This document shows positions 24,606 through 37,361 of a DNA stretch of 64,000 nucleotides, piece after piece. Within the stretch, counting starts at the first letter, position 1; each line of letters begins with the position of its first letter. Under the pieces are notes generated by a model. That model saw only the letters and a program-made list of their open reading frames with translations. It was not told the origin of the DNA and searched no databases. Position numbers and translations under genes: made by a program. This DNA comes from Eledone cirrhosa (Eukaryota), in assembly GCA_964016885.1 (NCBI GenBank), contig OZ024760.1, forward strand, positions 5,890,001-5,954,000, written 5' to 3'.

Positions 24606-26999
24606 CTGCAACTAAGTACACTCGGTATAGTAGTTGGTGTTAGGATGGGCATCCAGCTGTAGAAACCATACTCCCACATACATATACACACACACATATA
24701 TATATATATAAATATACATACATATACAGTTATCTCCCAGTATTCGTAGGGGTTACGTTCCTAGAGCCCCCGTGAATAATGAATAACCGCAAATATTAGA
24801 CAGGGTCCATAAAAATGCCTATAAATGTCAAAACATAATGTAAACTATAGGCCGGAAAATGCAGTATATTGAGCGTGAAAAAATATATATTGCCACGAAA
24901 AAAAGCCATAAAAAAATTGCGGAAGATATTTACGATTCTGCAAATATGTGGTAGTTTCCACAAACAATTATTAGTTAGGTTCTGGGGAAAATTCCGTGAA
25001 TGCCGGGGGTACATTGTATATATGTATATATATATATATCGACAGTCAATTGACTTTCGTCAAATTGGACCGAGGAAACAATGTTTCCATTGGTCTTTTC
25101 CAGTTGCTAATACTATCTATCAGTTGCAACTCCAGGTAGAAGGAGCAACGTGAAATAAAGAGTTTTGCTCAAGGACATAATGTATCGCCCGGCCCAGGAA
25201 TCGAACTCACAACCTCACGATTGCAAATCCAATTCTCGAACAACTCAGCCACGCGCCTTCTTGAGGTTTTGTTCTTATATATACATATATATAAAAACAA
25301 AACCTCAAGAACCCAAGAAACTGAACATATTGTAGTGTACAACTATAAAAAAGTTTTCAAATTTTTTTTTAAACTTGGTCATCAGTAGGAAGAAATCTAA
25401 AGTTGACAAGAAAAAAAAAAGTAATAATAATAATCTATAAAAAAAAAAGGGACCCCCCCCCCTCCTCCCCTGAAAACCAAACTATTTAACTGTGTTATTG
25501 TAACTTTACAAACATGACCAAGTTAAGAGTTACATTGTCAGAATAGCAGCCAGGATGACAGGTCTGGCATGATGCATATATGCTGATGTATGTCTTATAT
25601 ATATATATGTGTGTGTGTGTGTATGAGCCCCTCTGTGTGTGTGACTGCATGTGTGTTTTTATCTGTCTCTGTGTGTATACATCATCATCATCATCTGTTT
25701 AACATCTATTTTCCATGCTAGCAAGGGCTAGACAGGCTGTCACTTTATGAGGGCAGACAGGTCAGGGGACTGCTGCTTGCTCATACGGCTGATCATCCAA
25801 TTTTGACTTGGTTTTCTATACCTGGATGTCCTTAGAAAGAGATTGAGAGAAAGAGGTTACCCCAGTACCTGACTGATACTTTAACCTTCAGTGCACTCTA
25901 GGTGCCTTATGTTGCCAATAGAGTAATCTCCCCTCATACATAATTGTTTCTACTTTAGGCACAAGGCCAGCAATTACCCAGTGCATTACTGGTACTTTAT
26001 TTTATCGACCCTGTAAGGATGAAAGGCAAAGTCAACCTCGGCAGGATTTGAATTCAGATCATAAAGGGAGGTAACTCTATGCTTCAAAGCATGGCGTCCG
26101 ACCCTCTACCAATACTCCCAATCCTTAGTGTAAAGGAATTGATTTTTTAAAATGTCTTTCAAAATATGAAGTTTTTCGTTTAAATTAGCTCTAGTTAAGC
26201 TATCACTTAGAGGAAGTCGTATTCCAAACATCACCCACCAGTCATATAGTAATATTTTTTGTGAAGGGAAACAATTCATTAAAAAATTCAGCAAGCTAAA
26301 AAGCATTCAAAATTCAAAATCTGCTCAATGCTTCTTAACCCTTTAGCATTTACATTACTCTATATTTAATATTGTATTTTCATGGTAAAGGCTTTATCTT
26401 ACTTAATATCTCACATAATATCGAATCTACAAGATTTTGATATTATTTATTTTGAGAACAATACCTTAACATTAGTATGAGTGGCCAGTTATGGCTGGTT
26501 TGAACAGAAAGAGGTGAGAGAATGCTGGCTAGATATAGCTGGCTTAAATGCTAAAGGGTTAAATACAATTAATTCTTTGCTATATTTTATGTTTTGTGAA
26601 GTATAACATATCTCCATGAATACAATTATGAATATGGTGATGATGATGATGATCATCATCATATTCATAACCGTTTAACGTCCATTTTCCACACAAGCAT
26701 GGGTTAGACAAGTTGCCCTATAGATGGCCAAGTTAGGTTAGATGACCATGACTGGTTTTGGCTTCATTTCTACAGCTGGTTGCCCTTCTTAACACCAACC
26801 ACATTTACAGTGAGTGCGTAGCTCAGAGATCAGAGAGTCACTCCAGGTAGAGCTGCTACTTCTTCAAATTGAGAGATCACAGCTCCGATACTACAGGCAT
26901 GTGGTTAAAATGTCTCAGGAAAGAACCACAGGAAAGATTTTATGGGCAAAACCAACTGTCAGGAGACCCAGGAGTAGACCCTGAGCAAGATGGTTGGAT

Positions 27000-28645
27000 A
27001 ACATCCACCAGCTTGGCTGGTATTGCTTGGGGATCCAACCACATCAATTGGAGACGGATACTCCGGACATGACCCACTGGAAGGAAGGAGTGTCTGAGGA
27101 CTCTGCCTCCACGACCCTCCCAAGAATAAGGGGGTGAAGAAGATTTAATATGAAAACATCCAACAGCTTGGCTGGTCTCGCTTGGGGATAGAGCTGGATG
27201 AATTGGAGGCAGTTACTTCAGACATGACCCACTGGAAGGAAGGAGTGTCTGAGGACTCTGCCTCCACGACCCTCCCAAGAATAAGAGGGTGAAGAAGATT
27301 TAATATGAAAACATCCAAGAGCTTGGCTGGTCTCGCTTGGGGATAGAGCTGGATGAATTGGAGGCAGTTACTTCAGACATGACCCACTGGAAGGAAGGAG
27401 TGTCTGAGGACTCTGCCTCCACGACCCTCCCAAGAATAAGGGGGTGAAGAAGATTTAATATGAAAACATCCAAGAGCTTGGCTGGTCTCGCTTGGGGATA
27501 GAGCTGGATGAATTGGAGGCAGTTACTTCAGACATGACCCACTGGAAGGAAGGAGTGTCTGAGGACTCTGCCTCCACGACCCTCCCAAGAATAAGGGGGT
27601 GAAGAAGATTTAATATGAAAACATCCAAGAGCTTGGCTGGTCTCGCTTGGGGATAGAGCTGGATGAATTGGAGGCAGTTACTTCAGACATGACCCACTGG
27701 AAGGAAGGAGTGTCTGAGGACTCTGCCTCCACGACCCTCCCAAGAATAAGGGGGTGAAGAAGATTTAATATGAAAACATCCAAGAGCTTGGCTGGTCTCG
27801 CTTGGGGATAGAGCTGGATGAATTGGAGGCAGTTACTTCAGACATGACCCACTGGAAGGAAGGAGTGTCTGAGGACTCTGCCTCCACGACCCTCCCAAGA
27901 ATAAGGGGGTGAAGAAGATTTAATATGAAAACATCCAAGAGCTTGGCTGGTCTCGCTTGGGGATAGAGCTGGATGAATTGGAGGCAGTTACTTCAGACAT
28001 GACCCACTGGAAGGAAGGAGTGTCTGAGGACTCTGCCTCCACGACCCTCCCAAGAATAAGGGGGTGAAGAAGATTTAATATGAAAACATCCAAGAGCTTG
28101 GCTGGTCTCGCTTGGGGATAGAGCTGGATGAATTGGAGGCAGTTACTTCAGACATGACCCACTGGAAGGAAGGAGTGTCTGAGGACTCTGCCTCCACGAC
28201 CCTCCCAAGAATAAGGGGGTGAAGAAGATTTAATATGAAAACATCCAAGAGCTTGGCTGGTCTCGCTTGGGGATAGAGCTGGATGAATTGGAGGCAGTTA
28301 CTTCAGACATGACCCACTGGAAGGAAGGAGTGTCTGAGGACTCTGCCTCCACGACCCTCCCAAGAATAAGGGGGTGAAGAAGATTTAATATGAAAACATC
28401 CAAGAGCTTGGCTGGTCTCGCTTGGGGATAGAGCTGGATGAATTGGAGGCAGTTACTTCAGACATGACCCACTGGAAGGAAGGAGTGTCTGAGGACTCTG
28501 CCTCCACGACCCTCCCAAGAATAAGGGGGTGAAGAAGATTTAATATGAAAACATCCAAGAGCTTGGCTGGTCTCGCTTGGGGATAGAGCTGGATGAATTG
28601 GAGGCAGTTACTTCAGACATGACCCACTGGAAGGATGGAGTGTTT
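27000..28645. repeat. 155-bp satellite, about 10.5 copies, derived from a LINE 3' end
   Basis: Period measured at 27151/27306/27461. Continuous with the LINE fragment at 26820-27130. Confidence 0.92.
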
Positions 28646-29529
28646 GAAGACCCTGTCCGCTCTCCCGCCACCAGCACCACTACTCTCCCAAGGTATGGGT
28701 GGGTGAAGAAGAAGTAGAAATAAAGTGTCTACTCACAATGACACTATTTATCGGCAACAAGGATATGCAAAATGACAAGTCGGTTGGTCACTTCATAAAA
28801 AGGATTGTCACAAGACACAAAATATATTGTTTGGATTATTAGAAACAACAACAAAAACATACATCATCATTATTATTATTATTAATAATAATAATATTAT
28901 TAATATTATTATAATCATCATCATCATCATCATCGTTACTATTATCATCTTTGATTATGAGAACACCAAAAACATACTGCACTACCACCACCACCATCAT
29001 CATTATGCTTTGCAGCAAAGAGTTACGGCCCTTTATGGTCTGAGTTCAAATCCCGCCGAGGTTAACTTTGCCTTTCATCCTTACGGGGTCGATAAAATAA
29101 AGTACCAGTAATACACTGGATTATAATTGCTGGCCTTGTGCCAAAAGTAGAAACAATTATTATTGATGCTTTGATGCATAGAGTTACGCCCCTTGCCATT
29201 CTGAGTTCAAATCCCGCCGAGGTTAACTTTGCCTTTCATTTTTACGGGGGGGGGGGGTGAAATAAAGTACCAGTAATACACTGGGGTAATTGCTGGCCTT
29301 GTGCCAAAAGTAGAAACAATTATTATAGATGTTATCATCATCATCATCAGCATCATTGTTACTACCATCATCATCATCGTCATCGTTTTTAATGCCTATC
29401 TTTCACGCTAGCATGGGTTAGACGAGTTTGTCCCATTAGTGGCAAGTTTGGTCGGGTGACCATGCTTCGCTCGTATAGGACTGTTTCTGGCCTGGCTTTC
29501 TACGGCAAGGATGCCCCCCTTCCTAACAC

Positions 29530-31180
29530 CAACCACATTTACAGTGTGGACTGGGTGCTTTTTTGTCGTGACACCACATTTACAGTGTGGACTGGGTGCT
29601 TTTTTGTTGTGACACCACATTTACAGTGTGGACTGGGTGCTTTTTTGTCGTGACACCACATTTACAGTGTGGACTGGGTGCTTTTTTGTCATCACACCAC
29701 ATTTACTGTGTGGACTAGGTGCTTTTTTTGTCGTGACACCACATTTACAGTGTGGACTAGGTGCTTTTTTGTCGTGACACCACATTTACTGTGTGGACTG
29801 GGTGCTTTTTTGTCGTGACACCACATTTACTGTGTGGACTAGGTGCTTTTTTTGTCGTGACACCACATTTACAGTGTGGACTGGGTGCTTTTTTGTCGTG
29901 ACACCACATTTACAGTGTGGACTGGGTGCTTTTTTGTCGTGACACCACATTTACAGTGTGGACTGGGTGCTTTTTTGTCATCACACCACATTTACTGTGT
30001 GGACTGGGTGCTTTTTTGTCGTGACACCACATTTACTGTGTGGACTAGGTGCTTTTTTTGTCGTGACACCACATTTACAGTGTGGACTGGGTGCTTTTTT
30101 GTCGTGACACCACATTTACAGTGTGGACTGGGTGCTTTTTTTGTCATCACACCACATTTACTGATTTACTGTGTGGACTGGGTGCTTTTTTGTCGTGACA
30201 CCACATTTACTGTGTGGACTGGGTGCTTTTTTGTCGTGACACCACATTTACTGTGTGGACTGGGTGCTTTTTTGTCGTGACACCACATTTACAGTGTGGA
30301 CTGGGTGCTTTTTTGTCGTGACACCACATTTACAGTGTGGACTGGGTGCTTTTTTGTCATCACACCACATTTACTGTGTGGACTGGGTGCTTTTTTGTCT
30401 TGACACCACATTTACTGTGTGGACTAGGTGCTTTTTTGTCGTGACACCACATTTACAGTGTGGACTGGGTGCTTTTTTTGTCGTGACACCACATTTACTG
30501 TGTGGACTGGGTGCTTTTTTGTCATCACACCACATTTACAGTGTGGGCTGGGTGCTTTTTTTGTCGTGACACCACCTTTACAGTGTGGACTGGGTGCTTT
30601 TTTGTCATCACACCACATTTACAGTGTGGACTGGATGCTTTTTTGTCGTGACACCACATTTACAGTGTGGGCTGGGTGCTTTTTTGTCGTGACACCACAT
30701 TTACAGTGTGGACTGGGTGCTTTTTTGTCGTGACACCACATTTACAGTGTGGACTGGGTGCTTTTTTGTTGTGACACCACATTTACAGTGTGGACTGGGT
30801 GCTTTTTCTGTCGTGACACCACATTTACAGTGTGGACTGGGTGCTTTTTTTGTCGTGACACCACATTTACAGTGTGGACTGGGTGCTTTTTTTGTCGTGA
30901 CACCACATTTACAGTGTGGACTGGGTGCTTTTTTTGTCGTGACACCACATTTACAGTGTGGACTGGGTGCTTTTTTTGTCGTGACATCACATTTACAGTG
31001 TGGACTGGGTGCTTTTTTGTTGTGACACCACATTTACAGTGTGGACTGGGTGCTTTTTTGTCGTGACACCACATTTACAGTGTGGACTGGGTGCTTTTTC
31101 TGTCGTGAGACCACATTTACTGTGTGGACTGGGTGCTTTTTTGTCGTGACACCACATTTACTGTGTGGGCTGGGTGTTTT
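29530..31180. repeat. 41-42-bp minisatellite derived from a SINE body
   Basis: Unit GACACCACATTTACAGTGTGGACTGGGTGCTTTTTTGTCGT, growing out of the SINE at 29370-29570. Confidence 0.92.
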
Positions 31181-31191
31181 GTGTTATCAAC

Positions 31192-31241
<50 letters not shown>

Positions 31242-31305
31242 GGTAACACAAAACACCAAGCCCACACTCTGCCTGTCCCTTCAGTCTATCTAATTTCTCA
31301 TTCTT

Positions 31306-31341
31306 TCTTCTGATGAAGGACTAACATCCGAAACGTCAAGA
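31306..31341 (+). ncRNA. Minimal type I hammerhead ribozyme motif, copy 1
   Basis: TCTT-CTGATGA-A-GGA(CTAACA)TCC-GAA-ACGT-C-AAGA: stem I TCTT/AAGA, CUGANGA and GAAA core boxes, stem II, palindromic ACGU helix III, GUC cleavage triplet. Confidence 0.7.
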
Positions 31342-31418
31342 CCCTCTTCCTGCTATTTCAAGCGTTAACCTAATATATTCCTTCCATATACTATTTACCT
31401 TTTACATCCACACATATA

Positions 31419-31482
<64 letters not shown>

Positions 31483-31899
31483 TCATTTCATCATTTAATT
31501 TTACGTCCGCTTTTTCCCTGCTTGCCAGGGTGGGACGGGAACTGATGGCTTGATTTCTACAGCTGGATGCCCTTCCTAACACCAACCTCATTTACAGTGA
31601 GTGCTGGGTCCTTTTTTGCCGTGGCACCTCCACGACCACTTTGCAGTGGAATGATATGGACCCCAGTCCCTATCATCTCATTTCTACAGCTGAGTAAACT
31701 GGAGCAATGTGAAATAAAGTGTCTTGCTCAAGGAAACAACACATCACCCGGTCTGAGAATTGAACTCACAACCTTTCGATTGCAAGGCCAATGCTCTAAC
31801 CACTAAGCCATGTGCCTCCATATATATATAATGTAGGTAACACAAAACACCAAGCCCACACTCCGCCCGTCCCTTCAGTCTATCTAATTTCTCATTCTT

Positions 31900-31935
31900 T
31901 CTTCTGACGAAGGACTAGCGTCCGAAACGTTAAGA
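31900..31935 (+). ncRNA. Minimal type I hammerhead ribozyme motif, copy 2
   Basis: TCTT-CTGACGA-A-GGAC(TAGC)GTCC-GAA-ACGT-T-AAGA. Differences from copy 1 fall at tolerated positions (N7, stem II/loop II, H17). Confidence 0.7.
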
Positions 31936-32055
31936 CCCTCTTCCTGCTATTTCAAGCGTTAACCTAATATATTCCTTCCATATACTATTTACCTTTTACA
32001 TCCACACATATATATGAGTGTATATACATATATATATATATATATATAAAATATA

Positions 32056-32100
<45 letters not shown>

Positions 32101-32589
32101 GAGTGTATATACATATATCATCATCACCACGCTATCATGGGATAGACGAGTTGTCCTGTCATTATTATTATTGTTGTTCTTGTTATCATCTTCTTCATCA
32201 TCATCACCACCATCATCCTTACTACCATCATCATCACCACCATCATCCTTACTACCATCATCATCATCACCATAATTGTTACTATTATCATCATCATCAC
32301 CATAATTGTTACTATCATCATCATTATAATAGGATTGTCAGAGTCGTTAGTGCGTCAGAGTCGTTAGTGCGTCAGACACATATTCAACAGTATCTGTTCT
32401 GGTTCTTTACTCTCAGAGTTCAAATCCCCCCAGGGTCAGCTTTGCCCCTGATAGACAGCGCTCTCATTATAATATAGATTTCATTTTTATGTAGTTTAAA
32501 AAATACAAGATGGAGGAGAAGAAAAAAAACGACACACGGAAGAAAAATTGAAGAAAAAAGAAAAGAAAAACCATTCAAGATTGCTGACG

Positions 32590-33190
32590 CTACTATTATC
32601 ACCACAACCACAACCACAACCACAACCCAGGACCACTATCATCACCACCACCACCCATGCCACCATCATCACCACCCCAATCATTACCACCACCACACAA
32701 GCCACCATCACCACCACCACACAAGCCACCAAGCCACCATCATCATCACCACCACCACACAAGCCACCAAGCCACCATCATCATCACCACCACCACCAAG
32801 CCACCATCATCATCACCACTATCACTACCACCACCACACAAGCCACCATCATCATCACCACTATCACTACCACCACCACCCATGCCACCATCATCACCAC
32901 CCCAATCATTACAACCACCACCACCACCACCACCCAAGCCATCATCATCACCACCGCAATCACTACCACCACCACACAAGCCACCATCATCATCACCACC
33001 ACCATCACCCCCACCACCAAGCCACCATCATCATCACCACCACTATCACTACCACCCAAGACCGCCACAATCACTACTCTCACCACCACTCCCACCACCA
33101 CCACCATCACCACTCAAGATCCGCTGCTACTACCACCCAAGATAAGTGTCACCACCACCACCACCGCCACCACCACCACCACCAACCCTG
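32590..33190. repeat. CAC/CAT low-complexity tract
   Basis: Seen directly. Confidence 0.85.
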
Positions 33191-33634
33191 GCGGAGATGG
33201 AGGTGCGTTAGCGGTGGTGGGGATGTGTATGGTTTGATTACATTCTCCTCTTCCTGCCGACAAAATAAAAATTAAAAAAAGACTAAAAGAAAAGCCAACG
33301 AAAGAAGTGAGATAATTGTTGGGTGATGTCTGCATTAGTGTGTTTACATTAGATATATTTCTACTGATTGGAAGTGAATATTTGGTGTGAAGCTGTTCTC
33401 ACAATATGGCTGCCGCACAGGGGTAAATTGAACAACAACAATAACTACAATAACAACAATAACAACTACAATAACTACAACTAAAGCAGCAACAACAACA
33501 ACAACAACCATGTTGTGTTCTTGAGCAAGACACTTTATTTCACGTTGCTCCAGTTGACTCAGCTGTAGAAATGAGTTGTGATGTCACTGGTGCCAAGCTG
33601 TATCAGCCATTGCCTTTCCCTTGGACAACATCAT

Positions 33635-34200
33635 ATATATACTGTACATAGTGTATATATAGTGTATATAGTGTATATATACTGTACATAGTGTATATAT
33701 AGTGTATATAGTGTATATATACTGTACATAGTGTATATATATAATGTATATAGTGTATATATACTGTACATAGTGTATATATACTGTACATAGTGTATAT
33801 ATATACTGTACATAGTGTATATATATACTGTACATAGTGTATATATACTGTACATAGTGTATATATACTGTACATAGTGTATATATAATGTATATAGTGT
33901 ATATATACTGTACATAGTGTATATATAATGTACATAATGTATATATACTATATATAGTGTATATATAATGTATATAGTGTATATATACTATACATAGTGT
34001 ATATATACTGTACATAGTGTATATATACTGTACATAGTGTGTATATAGTGTATATATACTGTACATAGTGTATATATACTGTAAATAGTGTATATATACT
34101 GTACATAGTGTATATATACTGTACATAGTGTATATATAATGTACATAGTGTATATATAATGTAAGTAGTGTATATATATAATATATATATGGTGTATATA
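33635..34200. repeat. ~20-bp TA-rich minisatellite (TATATATACTGTACATAGTG) inside a SINE
   Basis: Flanked by a duplicated SINE segment GTCACTGGTGCCAAGCTGT.TCAGCCATTGCC at about 33583 and 34223. Confidence 0.85.
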
Positions 34201-34801
34201 TCAGTATATATCAGTTGTGACGTCACTGGTGCCAAGCTGTGTCAGCCATTGCCTCTCCCTTGGGTAACATCAGGGGTGTGGAGAGGGGAGACTGATATAC
34301 ATGGGTGACTGCTGGTCTTCTACAAACCTTGCCTGGACTTGTGCCTTGGAGGGGAACTTTCAGTCATGACCGAAGGGGGCCTTTACCCTTGTTGGTGGTG
34401 ATGATGGTGGCTGTAGCTGTGGTGGTGGTGGTAGCTGTGGTGGTGGTGGTAGCTGTGATGGTTGTGATGGTAGTGAAGGTGTTGGTGGTGGCTGTGGATA
34501 GAGGTAGCTACAGTGGTGGTGATGGTGTTAGTGGTAGTTGCTGTGATGGTTGTGGTGGTGGAGATGGCTGTGGTGGTTATGGAGGTGAAGGTGATGGTGG
34601 TAACTGTTGATAGAGGTAGCTACGGTAGTGGTAGTTAGTGGTGGTGGTGGTGGTGCTGATTGTGGTAGTGGTGGTGGTGACAGTGGTAGTGGTGGTGGTG
34701 ACAGTGGTAGTGGTGGTGGTAGTAGTGGTGGTGTTTATCGCTGTGGAGGAGGAGAAGATGGTGGCTGCGGTAGGGTGTGTGTGTGTGTGAGTGTGAGTGT
34801 G

Positions 34802-34870
<69 letters not shown>

Positions 34871-35373
34871 TCGGTTGGACAAGAAAGTCATTTTCTTCCG
34901 AGACTTTTTGACAGACTCTGCCAGACAGCCGGACAGCCAGACAGCCAGCCAACCAGACAGACAGACAGACAGACAGACAAGACAACCATTGTTTGGGATA
35001 GCAATTACTGAAGTAAATGTGATATACAGGCAAGAAGAATTAAGGTTAAACAAGTTTCACACGATTGGGGGCATTTTTCCTCTTCTTTTTCTCTTTCTCA
35101 TCCCCTACCCCCACCCCTACCCCCACCCCTACCCCGAAGGAAGAATGACCAAAGAGAGGGAGGGGGAAGAGAGGCAGCAGGGCAAAAGCTATATTCAAAA
35201 ATATACATAATTATATATATACACACATATACATACATAATTATATATATATATACACACATATACATACATAATTATATATATATACACACATATACAT
35301 ATATATATCGAAAAATGCATAATGGAAAATAAACTAAAAAGAACGAGAGTGAGGGGGAAGCAGGATTGTGCAA

Positions 35374-35421
<48 letters not shown>

Positions 35422-36480
35422 TTATATATATATATATATATATATTATATATTTATATATATAGTTTTATATATATTATATATTTATATATATATATAGT
35501 TTTATATATATATATTATATATATATATAGTTTTATATATATATATTATTTATATATATATATATATATATAGTTTTATATATATATATAGTTTTATATA
35601 TATATATATATATATTGTGCATATATAATGTTTAAAAAGTAAAGGATGGAAAAACAAGGATTGGATGTGAGGGGGGTTGATGGGGGGGGGGGGGGGGGGG
35701 AGAACGAGGAAGAAAAATGGAAGTAGAAAAATTAAATGAAAGACGGAAAGGAAAAACAAAATAGATGAAAAAGAAATAAAACAATTAGAAGCATAGAAGC
35801 AAATGAAAGCGTAAAAGAGGTGAGAGATGTTATTTTTTGTTATTTATAACAACATCCGGTATATCTACTATCACCTTGAAGTTTTTAAAGTAATTTACTG
35901 AGACAAAGGTATATGATGAGATGGTGATAGGTGAGGGTGAGGAAGGAGGTGGTGGGGTTTGGTGTGGGTCAGTGGAGTGGGTGAGGGGCGAAACGAGGGA
36001 AGGGGTGGGGTGGGGTGCTGGGGGGGGGGGGGGGAAGGAAAAGAAAAAAGGTATATGATGAGACACTGATAGGTATGGTTGTAAGGAAGGAGGTGGTGTG
36101 GGTTGGTGGAGTAGGTTGGGGGGGGGGGAGGTAAGGAAGAGATGCGGGGCGGGGGGAGGTTCCGTGGGGTGGACAGGACAGGTAAGGAAGGAAAAAAAAA
36201 AAGGTATATGATGAAACAGTGATAGGTGTGGGTAAAGAGGAGAGGGGTGAGGTGGTGGTGTGATGCGACGGAGTGGGGGCAGTAGAGTGGAAAGGTAAGG
36301 AAGAAAAAAGGTATATGATGAGACAGTGATAGGTGTGGGTAAGGAAAGGAGCGGGGAAGGTGGTGTGGGGCGGTGGAGTGGACAGGTAAGGAAGAAGAAG
36401 AAGAAGAAAAAAAGGGAGGATGAAGGGGGTGGCTGTGGGTGCAGAGGTGGTAGGTAAAAACAACAAAGATATATCGGAGA

Positions 36481-36516
36481 TATTTAAGCCAGCCTGGCTT
36501 CGCAGCAATGATCAGA
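36481..36516 (+). promoter_or_regulatory. Candidate TATA-like box and initiator of the nested gene
   Basis: TATTTAAG at 36481 and TCAG about 30 nt downstream, about 95 nt before ATG 36607. Motif spacing only. Confidence 0.35.
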
Positions 36517-36606
36517 AGCCCACTAGCAAAGGGAGAAGAAAGAAGCAAGTGGCATATATTCACTGGTGGCTACTACTGTACAACGTTCCCAGTTTTTTTC
36601 ATTATA

Positions 36607-37323
36607 ATGGAGACGGCATTCGGTTTGGGATTGATCCTGCTTTTATACAGCGCCGCCACTGTGCCTGCGAGGCCAAATACGGGACCAGCTCGTTCTGCTG
36701 AGGAAGAAACGAATTTCGAAACAATGGTTCGATTTTTGGTGAAGAAGCTGAATTCGAACGAACACCTTCTACAATTGATGGAACACAGGTTTGACAAAAT
36801 GTCTGGAAATATAAAAATACACGCTCTGCTACTGCAAAGACTGAAGAATGAACTGAAAAGTTACAGAGCCAGGAAGCAGAAGCTTAGCGGAAACATAACT
36901 AACAAGGATAATACTTTATATTCAAACAGCGGCACAAATAAACGGAGGGTGCTCCACAGAGCAAGACGTCAGGCGTCTTACAGTTTCTTAAGTCCTGAGA
37001 TACTCGAAACACTTTCACAACAGGAAAGGATTGGCGTCAACGACACGCCTATGGTCTTTGCCAGTGGTCCACCACCGCTGTTTCACCAGGAGTTGATATT
37101 CGAGAGTGCCCCGGACGTCCAGAGCACTCCGGAGCAAAACATTGAAAAAGACACTACGGAAGAGACCGTAACAGTGAGTACCACTTCTTCTTCGACAAGC
37201 ACCACACTTGATTTGAAACCCAAACCTCCACACCCCGACGGGGAAATTAAACCAACTGTTGCTCAGAGCGAAGGACAGCCGCAGTTGCAGCCTCAACCAC
37301 CACCACAGCAGCAGCAGCAGCAG

Positions 37324-37361
<38 letters not shown>

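Noticed and set aside
32548-33237. Mucin-like Thr-rich 229-aa ORF
   Set aside because: CAC/CAT microsatellite open in several frames on both strands, no start context or splice support.
36508-36606. Upstream ATG as the start of the nested gene
   Set aside because: The extra 33 aa would bury the signal peptide, and the ATG lies only 27 nt from the TATA-like box. Met 36607 has the better context. Not proven without 5' RACE.
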